From Capsulimonadales bacterium (GTDB lineage: Bacteria > Armatimonadota > Armatimonadia > Armatimonadales > Armatimonadaceae): a DNA stretch of 64,000 nt. This document shows, piece after piece, positions 37,105-48,072 of the stretch. The stretch is taken from the NCBI GenBank assembly GCA_033762295.1, contig JANRLW010000069.1, positions 120,110 through 184,109 of the forward strand. Direction: 5' to 3'. How positions within the stretch are numbered: the stretch's first letter is position 1; every line of letters begins with the position of its first letter. The notes under the pieces are model-generated. The model was not told where the DNA came from. It made no database searches and was given only the letters and a program-made list of their open reading frames with translations. Both the position numbers and the translations under genes were made by a program.

Positions 37105-39861
37105 ATGGAATATTCGGGCCGTATCCGACCGCCGGCGTTTCTGCTGGCGGTCCTGTCCGCCCTATCTGCCGTCTCCGCTCTTCCCGCCGTCGCGCAGGAG
37201 GCGTCGTGGCAGGCAACGGTAGGGGCGAACGGCACGGTGACCGTTCGCCGAAAAGCCGGAGACGCTCCGGTGTTGACCATCGCGCCGGGGATTTTCGAAC
37301 GCACCTGGCAGTTTCGTGGGATCGGACCCGGCGACGGATTTGACGCGACAACGACGCCGGTGACCGCGCAGGGGACCGTCTTCGCCTCCGCCGCCGAGGC
37401 GCGAATCCCGGTGCGAACGACCGTGACCGCCGAGGGAAAGACCCTGACCCTGCGTTCCTCCTTCGCCTCGCCGAAACCGGTCGCCGTCAACTCCGTCCAC
37501 CTCTCGGTCTCCCTCGACACCAATCGCTATGTCAACGCCGCCTGGGCGGCGGGCGGGCGGACCGGAACGGTACCCGCCGTCGCCGGGGAAGCCGGTCTTG
37601 TCCGGGGCGAGAAAGAGATCGTGCTGGCGGATGGACCGGAGAGACTGGTTTTTCGATCTCCGGAACCGAGCCTGCTCCTGCAGGATAATCGGGCCTACGG
37701 TTCCCCGATTCTGGAGGTGCGCGCCGGTGGACAGGAGGAGCGTACGCTGCAGCCCGGCGCGAACGAAACGGTCGAACTGACGATCGAGTTTCCGCAAACC
37801 CTCGCCGTCGTTCGCGACGAGCCGCTGACCGTTCGACAGGGCGAGGATTGGGTGCCTCTGGACCTCAAACTCGACATCAAGAAAGGGTCCGCGCTCGACT
37901 TCGGACGGCTTTTCCCCCGTAAACCGGCCGGAGACTCCGGATGGGTGATCGTTCGTCCGGACGGACACTTCGGATTCGAAAAGAGCGACCGACCGGTCCG
38001 GTTCTATGGCACGAACCTCTGCTTCTCCGCGAACTATTTGGAACCGGCGGAAGCGGATCGATTGGCCGATCGGTTCGTCGCTCTGGGCTACAACACGGTA
38101 AGGATTCATCATTACGAAGGTGACCTGATCGAACCGAACCGGCCCGATTCGCTGACCTTCCGCCGCGAACAACTGGACCGATTCGACTATCTGATGGCGG
38201 CCTTCAAAAAGCGAGGGATCCATATCAGCACCGACCTGTACGTCTCTCGCCCGGTAAAACCCGAGGAGATGGAGGGGTTGGGCGATTTCAAGGCGGCGGT
38301 CCTCGTTTCGGCGAAGGCGCGGGCCAACTGGAAGGAATTCACCCGTCGGCTCCTTACCCATGTCAACCCCTATACCGGGCTGGCCTATCGCGACGATCCG
38401 GCGATGGCGTTCCTCTGCGTGGTGAACGAACCCAACGCGACCAACTATTTCGGCGGTATGAACGAACGGCTGCGCGAAAGGTTCGTTTCGGAGTGGACCC
38501 GGTGGCGGATTCGGACCGGCCGACCGGACGCGCCCTTGCCCGGTTCGACGAACGACGGCGCGACCGGACGCGAGGCGGCGGCGTTTCTGTCCTACCTTCA
38601 TACCCGCGCCTATACCGAGATGGCCGCATTCCTGAAACAGGAGATCGGCACCCGGGCCGTCCTGACCGATTTGAACGGCTGGTCCGAAATTCCCGGCTTC
38701 ATGACCGCCCGTCTCCCGCTCGATTACGTCGACAACCATTTCTACTGGGACCATCCGCAGTTTCTGGCACGGGACTGGTCGCTTCCGTCGCAGGGCTACC
38801 AGCGAGGGCAGAGCGCGGTCCGGGACGGCGGTACCGGGCCGTCCAATGTGGCGATGACCCGGCTGTTCGGCAAACCGTTCACGGTCAGCGAGTTCAACTA
38901 CACCGCTCCGAACCCGTATCGAGCCGAGGGCGGTTTGCTGATGGGAGCGGCAGCCGCGCTACAGGACTGGGATATCGTCTGGCGGTTCGCCTATTCGCAC
39001 TCGCGCGACGCCGTGATCCGACCGGTGCCGCTGGACTACTTCAACACGGCCTCCGATCCGATCAGCGCGGCCAGTGACCGGGCGGCAGTGCTGCTGTTCC
39101 GACGAGGCGACCTGCGACCGGCTAAAAGCGCGGTCGTCCGCACATTGAACGGCAAAGCATTGGCGGAGGGGGGCGAAGTCACCGCTCCCGATTTCCGTGA
39201 CCTGACCCTGGTCACACGGATCGGAAACCGGGTGCTGTTTCCGGCCGGCCTGTCACCGAACGTCAACGAAACGGAGGAACTGCGACTGTCGGGCGGCGAT
39301 GCGGCCCAGGCTCTCCTGTCGCTGAAGCAATCGGGGAAACTGCCGCAGGATAACCGCACCGATCTCGGGCGACGACGGCTGGAATCCGAAACCGGGGAAC
39401 TCCTCAACGATGGTTCGACCGGCCTGCTCCGGATCGTGACCCCGCGCACGGTCGGCGGTGTGGCGCCGGTCGGGGAAACGCTCACCGCCGGACCGTTGAC
39501 AGTGGTTCCCTCCGGTGCAACGGCCACCGTCTGGGTCTCGTCGCTCGACGGACGGGCGGTTCGGGACAGCCGACGCCTCCTCCTGACGCACCTGACCGAT
39601 GTGCGTAATGAGGGGATGCGTTTTTCGTCCTCCGATGCGTTGGTCCTGGAAAACTGGGGGACGCTTCCGCATCTCGCCCGCCAGGGAACCGTCGCCGTCC
39701 GTTTGATCGCGCCGGGCCGTTGGAAGGCATGGCGACTGGACACCGCGGGAAACCGGGTGGCGACCGTTCCCGTGGTTCGGACCGGAGAGACGGTGACGGT
39801 GGAACTGTCGACACGCGGCCCGGACGGCAAGGCAACGCTCTATTACGAACTGGTCCGCTGA
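37105..39861 (+). CDS. Large secreted clan GH-A (GH5-like) glycoside hydrolase
   Basis: Signal peptide; RFYGTNL, VRIHH, HVNPYTG, VNEP (acid/base), DNHFYWDHP, VSEFNY (nucleophile). Confidence 0.8.
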   Translation: MEYSGRIRPPAFLLAVLSALSAVSALPAVAQEASWQATVGANGTVTVRRKAGDAPVLTIAPGIFERTWQFRGIGPGDGFDATTTPVTAQGTVFASAAEARIPVRTTVTAEGKTLTLRSSFASPKPVAVNSVHLSVSLDTNRYVNAAWAAGGRTGTVPAVAGEAGLVRGEKEIVLADGPERLVFRSPEPSLLLQDNRAYGSPILEVRAGGQEERTLQPGANETVELTIEFPQTLAVVRDEPLTVRQGEDWVPLDLKLDIKKGSALDFGRLFPRKPAGDSGWVIVRPDGHFGFEKSDRPVRFYGTNLCFSANYLEPAEADRLADRFVALGYNTVRIHHYEGDLIEPNRPDSLTFRREQLDRFDYLMAAFKKRGIHISTDLYVSRPVKPEEMEGLGDFKAAVLVSAKARANWKEFTRRLLTHVNPYTGLAYRDDPAMAFLCVVNEPNATNYFGGMNERLRERFVSEWTRWRIRTGRPDAPLPGSTNDGATGREAAAFLSYLHTRAYTEMAAFLKQEIGTRAVLTDLNGWSEIPGFMTARLPLDYVDNHFYWDHPQFLARDWSLPSQGYQRGQSAVRDGGTGPSNVAMTRLFGKPFTVSEFNYTAPNPYRAEGGLLMGAAAALQDWDIVWRFAYSHSRDAVIRPVPLDYFNTASDPISAASDRAAVLLFRRGDLRPAKSAVVRTLNGKALAEGGEVTAPDFRDLTLVTRIGNRVLFPAGLSPNVNETEELRLSGGDAAQALLSLKQSGKLPQDNRTDLGRRRLESETGELLNDGSTGLLRIVTPRTVGGVAPVGETLTAGPLTVVPSGATATVWVSSLDGRAVRDSRRLLLTHLTDVRNEGMRFSSSDALVLENWGTLPHLARQGTVAVRLIAPGRWKAWRLDTAGNRVATVPVVRTGETVTVELSTRGPDGKATLYYELVR

Positions 39862-40817
39862 CCGACGTTGCGACGTTTCCATCCCTGCCAGACGATCTCA
39901 CCCATACCGGCGAGGACGAAGAACGCGCCGATCAGAGTCACCCCGTTGAACGGGTCGCCGCGCCAGAAGACGCCGAGGAAGGTGCCCAGCACGGGCTGGA
40001 GAAAAAGGAATACCGTGAGTTCGGAGGCGTCAGCGACTTCGAGCAGCCGGTACCACATCGTATAGGCGAAGAGACTGCAGGCGACGACCAGATAGGCGAA
40101 CGCGCCCCAGGCTTCGCCGGAGGGGTGAATCCGGCCGAACCGGGCCGTTTCCCAGGCGGCGAACGGGCTGAGCATCAATGCCCCGACCAGAAAATTGTAG
40201 GTCAGAATGGTAATGCCTCGATGACGGGTCGTCAGGGCTTTCGCGGTGAGGATCGCCCAGGATTCGAACAGCAGGGAGACGACGATCAGTAGATTGCCGA
40301 AGGTCGCGCTGCCGGAAAAATCCGCCGCCGGTTCGGGTGTCCGGGTCGAAACGGTGACCAGGATCGTGCCGATCAGGCCGAAGACGATCCCGAGAACGCG
40401 GGCGCGGGTCAGGCGTTCCTTGAGCAGCGCGACGGCGAGCAGGGCGATCCAGACCGGTTCGGTGGCGATCAGCAGACCGGCCGCCGTTCCGGTGGTTCGT
40501 TCGATTCCGGCGTAATTGAAGGTGTAGGTAAGGGTCAGGCCGAAGAGCGCCAGCCGGATCACGCCGGGCCAGTGCTCCCTTTTCAGCGCAAGCGCCGCCG
40601 GGTCCCGCCACAACAGAAACAATGCCAGCAGAACGCCGCTCAGGCCGAAGCGGAAGAACGCGGTTCGAAACGGTCCGAACCCCGGCGATTCGGCGGTTCC
40701 GATCGCCATTTTGCCCGTAACATACGCGCCCGCCCAGAGGATACAGCAAAGGATGGCCATGCCGGAAACGACCGGAGTCAGGGTCGTCGACGGAACGGGA
40801 CGTTCTGAGGCAGGCAT
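39843..40817 (-). CDS. DMT/EamA family transporter
   Basis: About 10 TM helices in two EamA repeats; LLKERLT, FLFLQPVLG. Confidence 0.88.
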   Translation of the reverse strand: MPASERPVPSTTLTPVVSGMAILCCILWAGAYVTGKMAIGTAESPGFGPFRTAFFRFGLSGVLLALFLLWRDPAALALKREHWPGVIRLALFGLTLTYTFNYAGIERTTGTAAGLLIATEPVWIALLAVALLKERLTRARVLGIVFGLIGTILVTVSTRTPEPAADFSGSATFGNLLIVVSLLFESWAILTAKALTTRHRGITILTYNFLVGALMLSPFAAWETARFGRIHPSGEAWGAFAYLVVACSLFAYTMWYRLLEVADASELTVFLFLQPVLGTFLGVFWRGDPFNGVTLIGAFFVLAGMGEIVWQGWKRRNVGQRTSS

Positions 40818-40870
40818 TCGACAACGATTATACCGGCTCGGCCGGATATAATGCTTCCGCGAGGAGATTT

Positions 40871-43348
40871 ATGGCGAACGAGACGGGGCCGACTGCGCTC
40901 TCTCGTCCGGAGGTGCTCCGCGGATTGAAGGTCTCGATCTGGGAGGGCATCTGGGCAACCGTTTGGATGGTACTGACGACGGGCGCGTTCCAGACGGGAT
41001 TCGCGCTGCTGCTGGGCGCAAACCCGTTCGCGCTCGGACTGATGGCCGGACTCCCCGCGGCGGTCAACCTGCTGCAGTTGCCGGCGTCCCTGTACGTCGA
41101 ACGTCGAGGGGAACGGCGAACGTTCGTCGGCTTTACCTCGGTCGCCGGACGTCTCCTCTGGATCCCGATCCTTTTGATTCCGTTTTTCGTACCGCGCGAA
41201 GCGCAATTGATCGTTTTCCTGGCGTTGCTGACCGTTTCCTCCGCCCTTCTGACCATCAACGTTCCGGCGTGGACGTCCTGGATGAGCGATCTGGTCCCGC
41301 CCTCCTCGCGCGGGGAGTACTTCGCCCGGAGGAACATGCTGGCGGGGATCGTCGCCATGGTCGTTCCGCTACCGGCCGGCCTGTTTCTGGATCAGGGGGT
41401 CAAATACGGCCGTTTCGATCCGCGCCTGGGGTTCGCGGTCCTGTTCGGGATCGCGGCGATCGCCGCTCTCGGGGCGTTCTCCCGGATTCTGCGCCAGCCC
41501 GAACCGCCGATGGCGCGGAACGCGACCCAGGAGAACGTACTGCGGTCGATGGCCGCGCCCCTGCACGACCGGGCGTTTCGGCCGTTCCTGCTGTTTTCGG
41601 CACTGACCGTTTTCGGCCAGACCGTCGCCGGGCAGTTCTTCACCTCCTGGCAACTGGATGAAAAGGCGCTCAACCTGCCGTATTTCACGGTTCAGGTGCT
41701 GGCCGCCCTCGCCAGCGGGACGGGGCTGTTATCCACGCCGTTCTGGGGGTATCTGGCCGATAAATACGGGGGCCGTCCGGTCCTGATCATCTGCACCTGG
41801 GGAACGATTGTCTCACCGTTGCTCTGGACTCTGACCCATCCGGATTTCTTCTGGTGGAACGTCTTTATGATCGTCCTGATCAACGCCTGTGCGGGAACGG
41901 TCTGGGCGGGTGTCGGACTGACCCAGTTCAACCTCCTGCTGTCGACCTCCGCTCCGGAGAACCGGGGCACCTATGTGGCGATGTTCTCGGCGGCGAACGG
42001 CATCGTCGGATTCCTCTCCCCGATCCTGGGCGGCTTGTTGATGGCGCTGCTGGAGCCGTTCCGGATCGACCAGGGGGTGTTACTCTGGAACAATTACAAA
42101 TGGATGTTCCTTCTGACGGCGGCCATACGGATCGGGTGTTCCGTACTGGCGACGCGTCTGCCGACCGAGGAGAGTACCTCCACCTGGTACGTCCTGGGAC
42201 AGCTTCGCATGTCCCGTCCGGTCTCTTCCTACGTTCGCGCCCGGCGACTGACCCAGCCGACCGGCGAGGAGGCCCGATCTCAAACGGTGGGCGAACTGGC
42301 GGACCTGCGTTCGCCGCTGGCGGTCGAGGAATTGACGTCCGCTCTGGACGATGTCTCGCTGACCGTCCGGCAGCGGGCGGCGGAGGCGCTCGGTCGTATC
42401 CGGGAGGCACGGGCCGTTCCGGCGCTGGCGGCAAAGCTGAACGATCCGGCGGCGGGTATCGGCGAACTGGCGGCGGAAGCCCTGGGCGCGATCGGCAGTC
42501 GGGAGGCGACCCATTACCTGGCTGAGGCAAGCGCAGGCCCGGATGCGTCGGTCCGCCTGGCCTCCCTGCGGGCGCTGGCGCGTATCGCCGATCCGGAGGC
42601 CGTTCCCGCACTCGTTCGCGCGCTGGATGTCGCCCATCCGTCCCGGTGCGAACTTGCCTGCGCCGCCCTCAACGCGATCGGTCCGAAACTTTCGACCGAA
42701 CAGGCGATTCTCGCTCTGCCCCGCCTGCTCTACCTTCTGTCGCAGGAAGTGGATCGGGGGATGCGTTTCGCGGCGGCCCGGACCCTGGCCTCTCTGGCCG
42801 AGTGTTTCGGCCAGCGTCCGGAGGCGTATGATCGACTGCGCGAACGGCTGGCCCGCGAGGAGGACCCCGCCGTCCTCGCACAGGAAAGCATTGCGCTCGT
42901 GCGGATCGGAAAGGAGAGCGGCCGATCGGTAAGCGAAAGTTTGGTGGTTCTGTTGCCCGTTTTGAACCGTATCGGCGGGCAGGGCCTCGCCTACAAGCAG
43001 ACCCTCGACGCGATCGCCGACCTGGCGCTGACGCCCGGAACGTTTTATCCCTATCTTGGCCTGGCCGGCATGGCGCGGGACGAGTCGGTTCATCGGCTCC
43101 TCGGGGAGATACGCCGGAAGGTATCGGCGAGCGATCCGGGCGCGCCGGAGCGGATCGCGGCGGCGATGGAAGCGTTCGCCGAGAGTGAGGGACCCGCCTT
43201 CTTCGCCGCCCTGGCGCCGTATGCCGTTCGGGATCAGAGCGCGGCGTCCCGACTGTATGACGCCTTACGGCAACGCGGCGAAGGGGGGTACGCAACCCCG
43301 GAGGAACTGCTGCTCGCCCTGTTGCTGCTCCGGTCCGCACAGACCTGA
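40871..43348 (+). CDS. MFS transporter fused to a C-terminal HEAT-repeat domain
   Basis: 12-TM N-terminal half (WMSDLVP..RGEYF, GYLADKYG); HEAT repeats such as VRQRAAEALGRI, AAEALGAIG; SD GAGGAG. Confidence 0.85.
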   Translation: MANETGPTALSRPEVLRGLKVSIWEGIWATVWMVLTTGAFQTGFALLLGANPFALGLMAGLPAAVNLLQLPASLYVERRGERRTFVGFTSVAGRLLWIPILLIPFFVPREAQLIVFLALLTVSSALLTINVPAWTSWMSDLVPPSSRGEYFARRNMLAGIVAMVVPLPAGLFLDQGVKYGRFDPRLGFAVLFGIAAIAALGAFSRILRQPEPPMARNATQENVLRSMAAPLHDRAFRPFLLFSALTVFGQTVAGQFFTSWQLDEKALNLPYFTVQVLAALASGTGLLSTPFWGYLADKYGGRPVLIICTWGTIVSPLLWTLTHPDFFWWNVFMIVLINACAGTVWAGVGLTQFNLLLSTSAPENRGTYVAMFSAANGIVGFLSPILGGLLMALLEPFRIDQGVLLWNNYKWMFLLTAAIRIGCSVLATRLPTEESTSTWYVLGQLRMSRPVSSYVRARRLTQPTGEEARSQTVGELADLRSPLAVEELTSALDDVSLTVRQRAAEALGRIREARAVPALAAKLNDPAAGIGELAAEALGAIGSREATHYLAEASAGPDASVRLASLRALARIADPEAVPALVRALDVAHPSRCELACAALNAIGPKLSTEQAILALPRLLYLLSQEVDRGMRFAAARTLASLAECFGQRPEAYDRLRERLAREEDPAVLAQESIALVRIGKESGRSVSESLVVLLPVLNRIGGQGLAYKQTLDAIADLALTPGTFYPYLGLAGMARDESVHRLLGEIRRKVSASDPGAPERIAAAMEAFAESEGPAFFAALAPYAVRDQSAASRLYDALRQRGEGGYATPEELLLALLLLRSAQT

Positions 43349-43394
43349 TCCGGTGTGCCCGGAACGGAACCGCCGGACGTCCTGCCAGGAAACC

Positions 43395-43423
43395 TTGACA
43401 GCCAGGGTAACTCGCTATAAGGT
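43395..43423 (+). promoter_or_regulatory. Sigma70-type promoter, leaderless configuration
   Basis: TTGACA-N17-TAAGGT-N5-ATG(43429). Confidence 0.6.
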
Positions 43424-43428
43424 GACGT

Positions 43429-45279
43429 ATGACCGTCCGCGCTCTGATGATTGCCGTCCTTCTGACCGTCATCGCCGGTGTCTGGGTGCGACAGAGCGAG
43501 ATCCTGGTGCTGGCGACCCAGATCACCGAGAGCGTTCCCGCCATTCCCGGACTGGCCACCCTGGCGTTTCTCGCGCCGATCAACTTCGCATTGCGACGCC
43601 TGGCAACCCGTTTTCCCACCGTCCGACCCCTGACCCGTTCCGAAATCACCATCATTTTCCTTTTCGTCGTGATCGCCAGTATGGTCATGGGGATCGGCGT
43701 CGTCCAGTTTCTGTTCGCGCTGATGGGGAACGCGTTCTATAAGCCGATCGCCGGAGTGGCGGACCTGTGGCCGTATTTTCCGCAATGGCTGATGCCGACC
43801 GACCCGAAGGTCCTTCGTCCGATCTACGAACGCGCCCCGGACGGACATATTCCCTGGGCGGTCTGGATCGGCCCCGGCATCGCCTGGTGCGGGTTCTTCG
43901 TGACGTTCGGAGCGACGATTTTCCGGATGATGCGCCTGTTCTACGACGCGTGGGCCGAGGACGAACGTCTCTCCTTCCCCATGGTCGCCCTGCCGACGGC
44001 GATGATGGAGGAGACCGGGGCGTTCTATCGGGACCCGCTGATGTGGCTCGGGTTCCTGATTTCGGCGGCGTATAACGGAGTGAATATCTGGCATGCGTTC
44101 GCTCCGGCGGTTCCGGCTTTCGGCAAACTGGTCGACCTGATGCCGACGGCGGTTCCTCCCTGGGACGCGATGACTCCGGTAACGATGCATTTCCGTCCGG
44201 ACCTGATCGGTTTCGGTTTCCTGGTTTCGACCGAGGTCAGTCTGACCGTCTGGGTGAGCTGGCTGGCGGTGAAACTGCTGAATGCCGCCGCGCGGGCCGC
44301 CGGACAGCAGCCGAACGGGCTGTACACCATGGAACAGGGCATGGGGTCCTATCTGGCCCTCGCCGTGACCCTGGTCTGGTCCGCTCGGCGGCGACTTGCC
44401 GGTCAGGGGCCGGGCATCACCCAGTTCCTGGTCGGAGCGATCCTTTCCTGGGTCTTCCTGATCGCGGCCGGAGTGGCCGCCTGGGTCAGCGGCGTCTTCC
44501 TGCTTCTGGTCCTTTCCGTCGCGCTGGTCTACGGACGGCTCCGGGCGCAGACCGGGGTGCCGCTTCTGTGGCTGTATCCCTACCATCTCCAGAAGGAGAG
44601 CATGCTGTACACCCTCGGCGGATCCGCGATCGCGTCGTCCGGCCCGTCCTCGGTCGTCGCCTGGACCCTTTTCTCCGTCCTGTCCAAGGGGTACTTCCCG
44701 ACCGGTATCGCCGCCTATCAGGTTGAGGGGATGGAAATGGCGCGGCGGGAACGGTTCCCGATCCGGCATATACTGACGATCACACTGATGGCGGTCGTCG
44801 TCGGGTTCGGACTCGGATGGTACCACCATCTGCACAGTTACTACACCTACGGCGCGGTAAACCTTCGGGAGGGAGACATCTGGGGGTTCTGGGTCGCGGA
44901 TTATGAGACGAATACCGCCCTGTCCCTCCTGCGAAACCCGCGCCCGATCGAGACGCCGAAGGTCTGGGCGACCGGCGCGGGAGCGGCGGTCACCTTCCTG
45001 CTGGCGTTCTGCGGAATGCGGTTCGTCGGGTTTCCGTTCAGCCCCATCGGGTACGCGATGTCCTCCTGCTTCGGCAATGTCCTCTGGTTTTCCTTTCTTC
45101 TGGTCTGGGCGATCAAAGGATTGCTGCTCCGGTACGGTGGAATGCGTCTTTACAAGCGGGCGATCCCGCTTTTCCTCGGACTGGCTCTGGGCCACCTGGC
45201 GGTGGCGGGCATCCTCTGGGGGATCGTCGGAGCGTTCAGTCCCGAAGCCGTGCAGGGATACAACGTCTTTTTCGGGTAG
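43429..45279 (+). CDS. Polytopic membrane protein, DUF6785/DUF6784-like (putative OPT-like transporter)
   Basis: About 16 TM helices; W.EDERLSFPM, IPW..W..P, FPFSPIGY, KGLLLRYGG..LY....PLFLGL. Confidence 0.72.
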   Translation: MTVRALMIAVLLTVIAGVWVRQSEILVLATQITESVPAIPGLATLAFLAPINFALRRLATRFPTVRPLTRSEITIIFLFVVIASMVMGIGVVQFLFALMGNAFYKPIAGVADLWPYFPQWLMPTDPKVLRPIYERAPDGHIPWAVWIGPGIAWCGFFVTFGATIFRMMRLFYDAWAEDERLSFPMVALPTAMMEETGAFYRDPLMWLGFLISAAYNGVNIWHAFAPAVPAFGKLVDLMPTAVPPWDAMTPVTMHFRPDLIGFGFLVSTEVSLTVWVSWLAVKLLNAAARAAGQQPNGLYTMEQGMGSYLALAVTLVWSARRRLAGQGPGITQFLVGAILSWVFLIAAGVAAWVSGVFLLLVLSVALVYGRLRAQTGVPLLWLYPYHLQKESMLYTLGGSAIASSGPSSVVAWTLFSVLSKGYFPTGIAAYQVEGMEMARRERFPIRHILTITLMAVVVGFGLGWYHHLHSYYTYGAVNLREGDIWGFWVADYETNTALSLLRNPRPIETPKVWATGAGAAVTFLLAFCGMRFVGFPFSPIGYAMSSCFGNVLWFSFLLVWAIKGLLLRYGGMRLYKRAIPLFLGLALGHLAVAGILWGIVGAFSPEAVQGYNVFFG

Positions 45280-45292
45280 CCGCCCGAACGGA

Positions 45293-47119
45293 TCACCGGG
45301 AGACCGCAACGGGACCGAGGCTCAACCGGCCGTTCAGGACGCGAAGAAACGGACCATGGTACACCGGCCAGACCCGGTCCAGGCGAACCTCTCGCCCGTC
45401 CCACCACAGACGGGGCACCCGACCATGCCCTTCGCCGGTCGGCCAGTCGGGCGGCGATCCCCAGTCGTATTCCGGAGCGACCCACCGGCCCGAGGTGACG
45501 AACTGTGCGCGAAGCGCGCGTCCGTGCCGGTTCCGATAAGCGATCTCGTTCGCCGAACGCCGTTCGAAATCGGGTCGGCTCGCGGACAGTACCTTTTTCA
45601 TGAACTCCGGGAAGGAACCATCGACGACCGGATCGCCGAACTCATAGACGAATCCGAGCAACTCGCCTTGCGCACCGTCGGTCCGGAAGGCGATTCGTCC
45701 GCCCCGCGTCTTTTCGTTCACCGGGACCATTGCACCGCCGAACGGACGGATGGCGGCAAAGGCGCGGTCGTGGCAGTTGACGAACAGAAGACCCTCGTGC
45801 GGTCGAAGGTCGGCGTCCGAAGGCAGCGAGACATAGGCCCAGGGTTCATGCGCCGGAGCGGCAAACCGTACTTTCGCCGACCGTCGCCGCCAGATTTCGT
45901 ACAACCCGGCGACCTTACGGGTGATGTCCTCGCCGTTCGGCGGTACCCGCGTCATCTGGAAAACCAGGTCATCGAAATGGGCGATCTGGTCCCAGGGACT
46001 GCGCCCCTCGCCGCTGAACCCGGTCTTCCGGGCATAACCCGCGCCGGCACCGGAAACGACATCCCCGCCGGCCGATGCGAATTTCCAGAGCGTTTCCTGG
46101 GTTTCGCCGCCCCCCCAACCTCCGGTCGGACTGTACAGTGCGCCGACCGAATAGCCGGCGGCGATAAACAGGGTTTCCCGGGTCTCGCTGGCGCGTTCCA
46201 TGGCGTAGTTCGGTTTGCTGCCGAGATACCGGCCCTGTGTTTCCGGCGAGGTCTTGTCGGCGAGAGCGACGGTTGCCGGCGCGGGACGATAATGACTGAG
46301 GGCGGCGAACACGGAGTAGATGGCCGATTGGGTCCACGGTGGGGAGGACGCGCCGCCCCACCAGAGCCATCCCAGAAAGGAGGCGATCGAGTCGCCGTTC
46401 CGCAGGCTGCACCCCCGTTTTTCACCGCCCGCCTGCACACCGTCGCGCCAGCGAAGAGCCAGTGAAGCCGCCAGGAAATCGACAACGCTCCTGGCGCGAT
46501 GACGGATGTCGACGTCCCGGGCATACTCCCACAGATTGAGCCATGCCGAAACGTCGAACGCCAGGTACGTACCGGAATCGAACTCTCCCTGGCCGATCGA
46601 CAGCAGACGATCGGAGTACCGGGCGATCCAGTCGCCCATCTCGATCCGTCGCCGCCGGTCGCCGGCCTCCTGCGCGAAAAGATAGCCACTCGTTCGCCAC
46701 ATGGCGATATGGTTTTCCGTCCCTTCGCCCCGGAACAACTGCTCCTCCCGCATCGCGCCGCGCAGGATGGCGGAACGATAGGGAGCGACCGCGTCCGGGT
46801 ATGCGAAAAGCAGTTTCGCCAGTCCGTAGGCGGCAAAATGGTAGAACGAGGCGGCATGGGACGCGGGCGGCCCGCCCCGGTCGTGGAACTGTCCGATCAT
46901 CGCATGCGCCCAGCGATCGTTCCGATCCAGCGATAGCCGGGCGAGCGCCTTCGGCCAGACATACTTTTGCGGGTCGGGAACACCCCGCAACGGCTGTGGA
47001 ATCGTGAGCTGTTCGGCCGACCCCGGAAGGACGTACCGCTCCGCGCACCAGGCGAGGAGGAGACGGGCGCGTCCGTCCTGATCGGACGCGCCGTCATTCG
47101 GACTAAGGTTGCGCCACAT
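45293..47119 (-). CDS. Uncharacterised protein, possibly heparinase II/III or oligo-lyase-like fold
   Basis: GTENH motif and GEFDSGTY in a helical N-terminal half, beta-rich C-terminal half; overlaps the upstream prepilin gene. Function is inferred. Confidence 0.55.
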   Translation of the reverse strand: MWRNLSPNDGASDQDGRARLLLAWCAERYVLPGSAEQLTIPQPLRGVPDPQKYVWPKALARLSLDRNDRWAHAMIGQFHDRGGPPASHAASFYHFAAYGLAKLLFAYPDAVAPYRSAILRGAMREEQLFRGEGTENHIAMWRTSGYLFAQEAGDRRRRIEMGDWIARYSDRLLSIGQGEFDSGTYLAFDVSAWLNLWEYARDVDIRHRARSVVDFLAASLALRWRDGVQAGGEKRGCSLRNGDSIASFLGWLWWGGASSPPWTQSAIYSVFAALSHYRPAPATVALADKTSPETQGRYLGSKPNYAMERASETRETLFIAAGYSVGALYSPTGGWGGGETQETLWKFASAGGDVVSGAGAGYARKTGFSGEGRSPWDQIAHFDDLVFQMTRVPPNGEDITRKVAGLYEIWRRRSAKVRFAAPAHEPWAYVSLPSDADLRPHEGLLFVNCHDRAFAAIRPFGGAMVPVNEKTRGGRIAFRTDGAQGELLGFVYEFGDPVVDGSFPEFMKKVLSASRPDFERRSANEIAYRNRHGRALRAQFVTSGRWVAPEYDWGSPPDWPTGEGHGRVPRLWWDGREVRLDRVWPVYHGPFLRVLNGRLSLGPVAVSR

Positions 47120-48014
47120 CGAACATCGTGGTGAAAGACGGAGCGCCGGAGGTTGTCTCCGTTACCTGGGCCGCCGCGATGTTGTTGTAGACCATCTGGC
47201 CACGAACCCACTTGACATGCCCGTCAACGAAGCCGAGAACCACGCCACCGCTATGCCGGTAGGCGATCGAACGGCGACGGTTATTGCCGCCGGCGCACGA
47301 ACCCGAGGGCGCGCCTAGGGGGCAGGCTTCCGGGTTAAAAACCGCGGTGGCGGGATCGTTACTGCCCGATGCGTTCGCGGCAGTGCTGACCGCGCCGCCC
47401 GCCGACGCGACCGCCTGGAAAAGCCTCCCCGTACCGTCCCGATAGAAGAAGCAACGGTCGGGGTCGTTCCGGTTGATGACGCCGTTGTCCACCAGCCAGG
47501 CGGTTTCACTCGGCCTGGTAAAGGCGGCGAGCGACGGACCGCCATTGACCGAACCGGTCGCGGAATCGACCTGATTCTCGACGATAGTGCCCGCCGGAGT
47601 ATAGTTCAAACGTCCGGTCGGAACCAGGTTTTCGTTCTGCCGGGCGGTCGGACAGATATACACGGTGCGGGACGCATTGGCATTCGCGGACGAGAACCGG
47701 TCCGCGGCCACCTGAGCGCGCTGGATATAGGGTGGCAACAACTGCCACCAGGAGTTTCCGGCGGCCCCGAGGCGGACGTTGCCGACAAAGCGCTCATCGT
47801 AATCCTGAGCGTACATATTGGCGGCGAGCGCCAGTTGCTTCAGGTTGGAGACACACGTCGCCTGACGGGCTTTTTCCCGTGCCTGGGCGAAGACAGGGAA
47901 AAGAATGGCGGCCAGAATGGCGATAATGGCGATAACAACGAGCAACTCGATCAGCGTGAAGCCCGTCCGATAGCGACGGCGGACGTCAGCGGGAAAATTT
48001 ACGGTCCGGATCAT
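47103..48014 (-). CDS. DUF1559-type protein with prepilin N-terminal methylation motif and H-X9-DG motif
   Basis: [33 protein letters not shown]...[23 protein letters not shown]. Confidence 0.92.
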   Translation of the reverse strand: MIRTVNFPADVRRRYRTGFTLIELLVVIAIIAILAAILFPVFAQAREKARQATCVSNLKQLALAANMYAQDYDERFVGNVRLGAAGNSWWQLLPPYIQRAQVAADRFSSANANASRTVYICPTARQNENLVPTGRLNYTPAGTIVENQVDSATGSVNGGPSLAAFTRPSETAWLVDNGVINRNDPDRCFFYRDGTGRLFQAVASAGGAVSTAANASGSNDPATAVFNPEACPLGAPSGSCAGGNNRRRSIAYRHSGGVVLGFVDGHVKWVRGQMVYNNIAAAQVTETTSGAPSFTTMFDVAQP

Positions 48015-48072
48015 AAACGACTCCTTTGTTAAACGGGCGAGAGCGGTCTCGCGAAATGACGATCGATAACGG

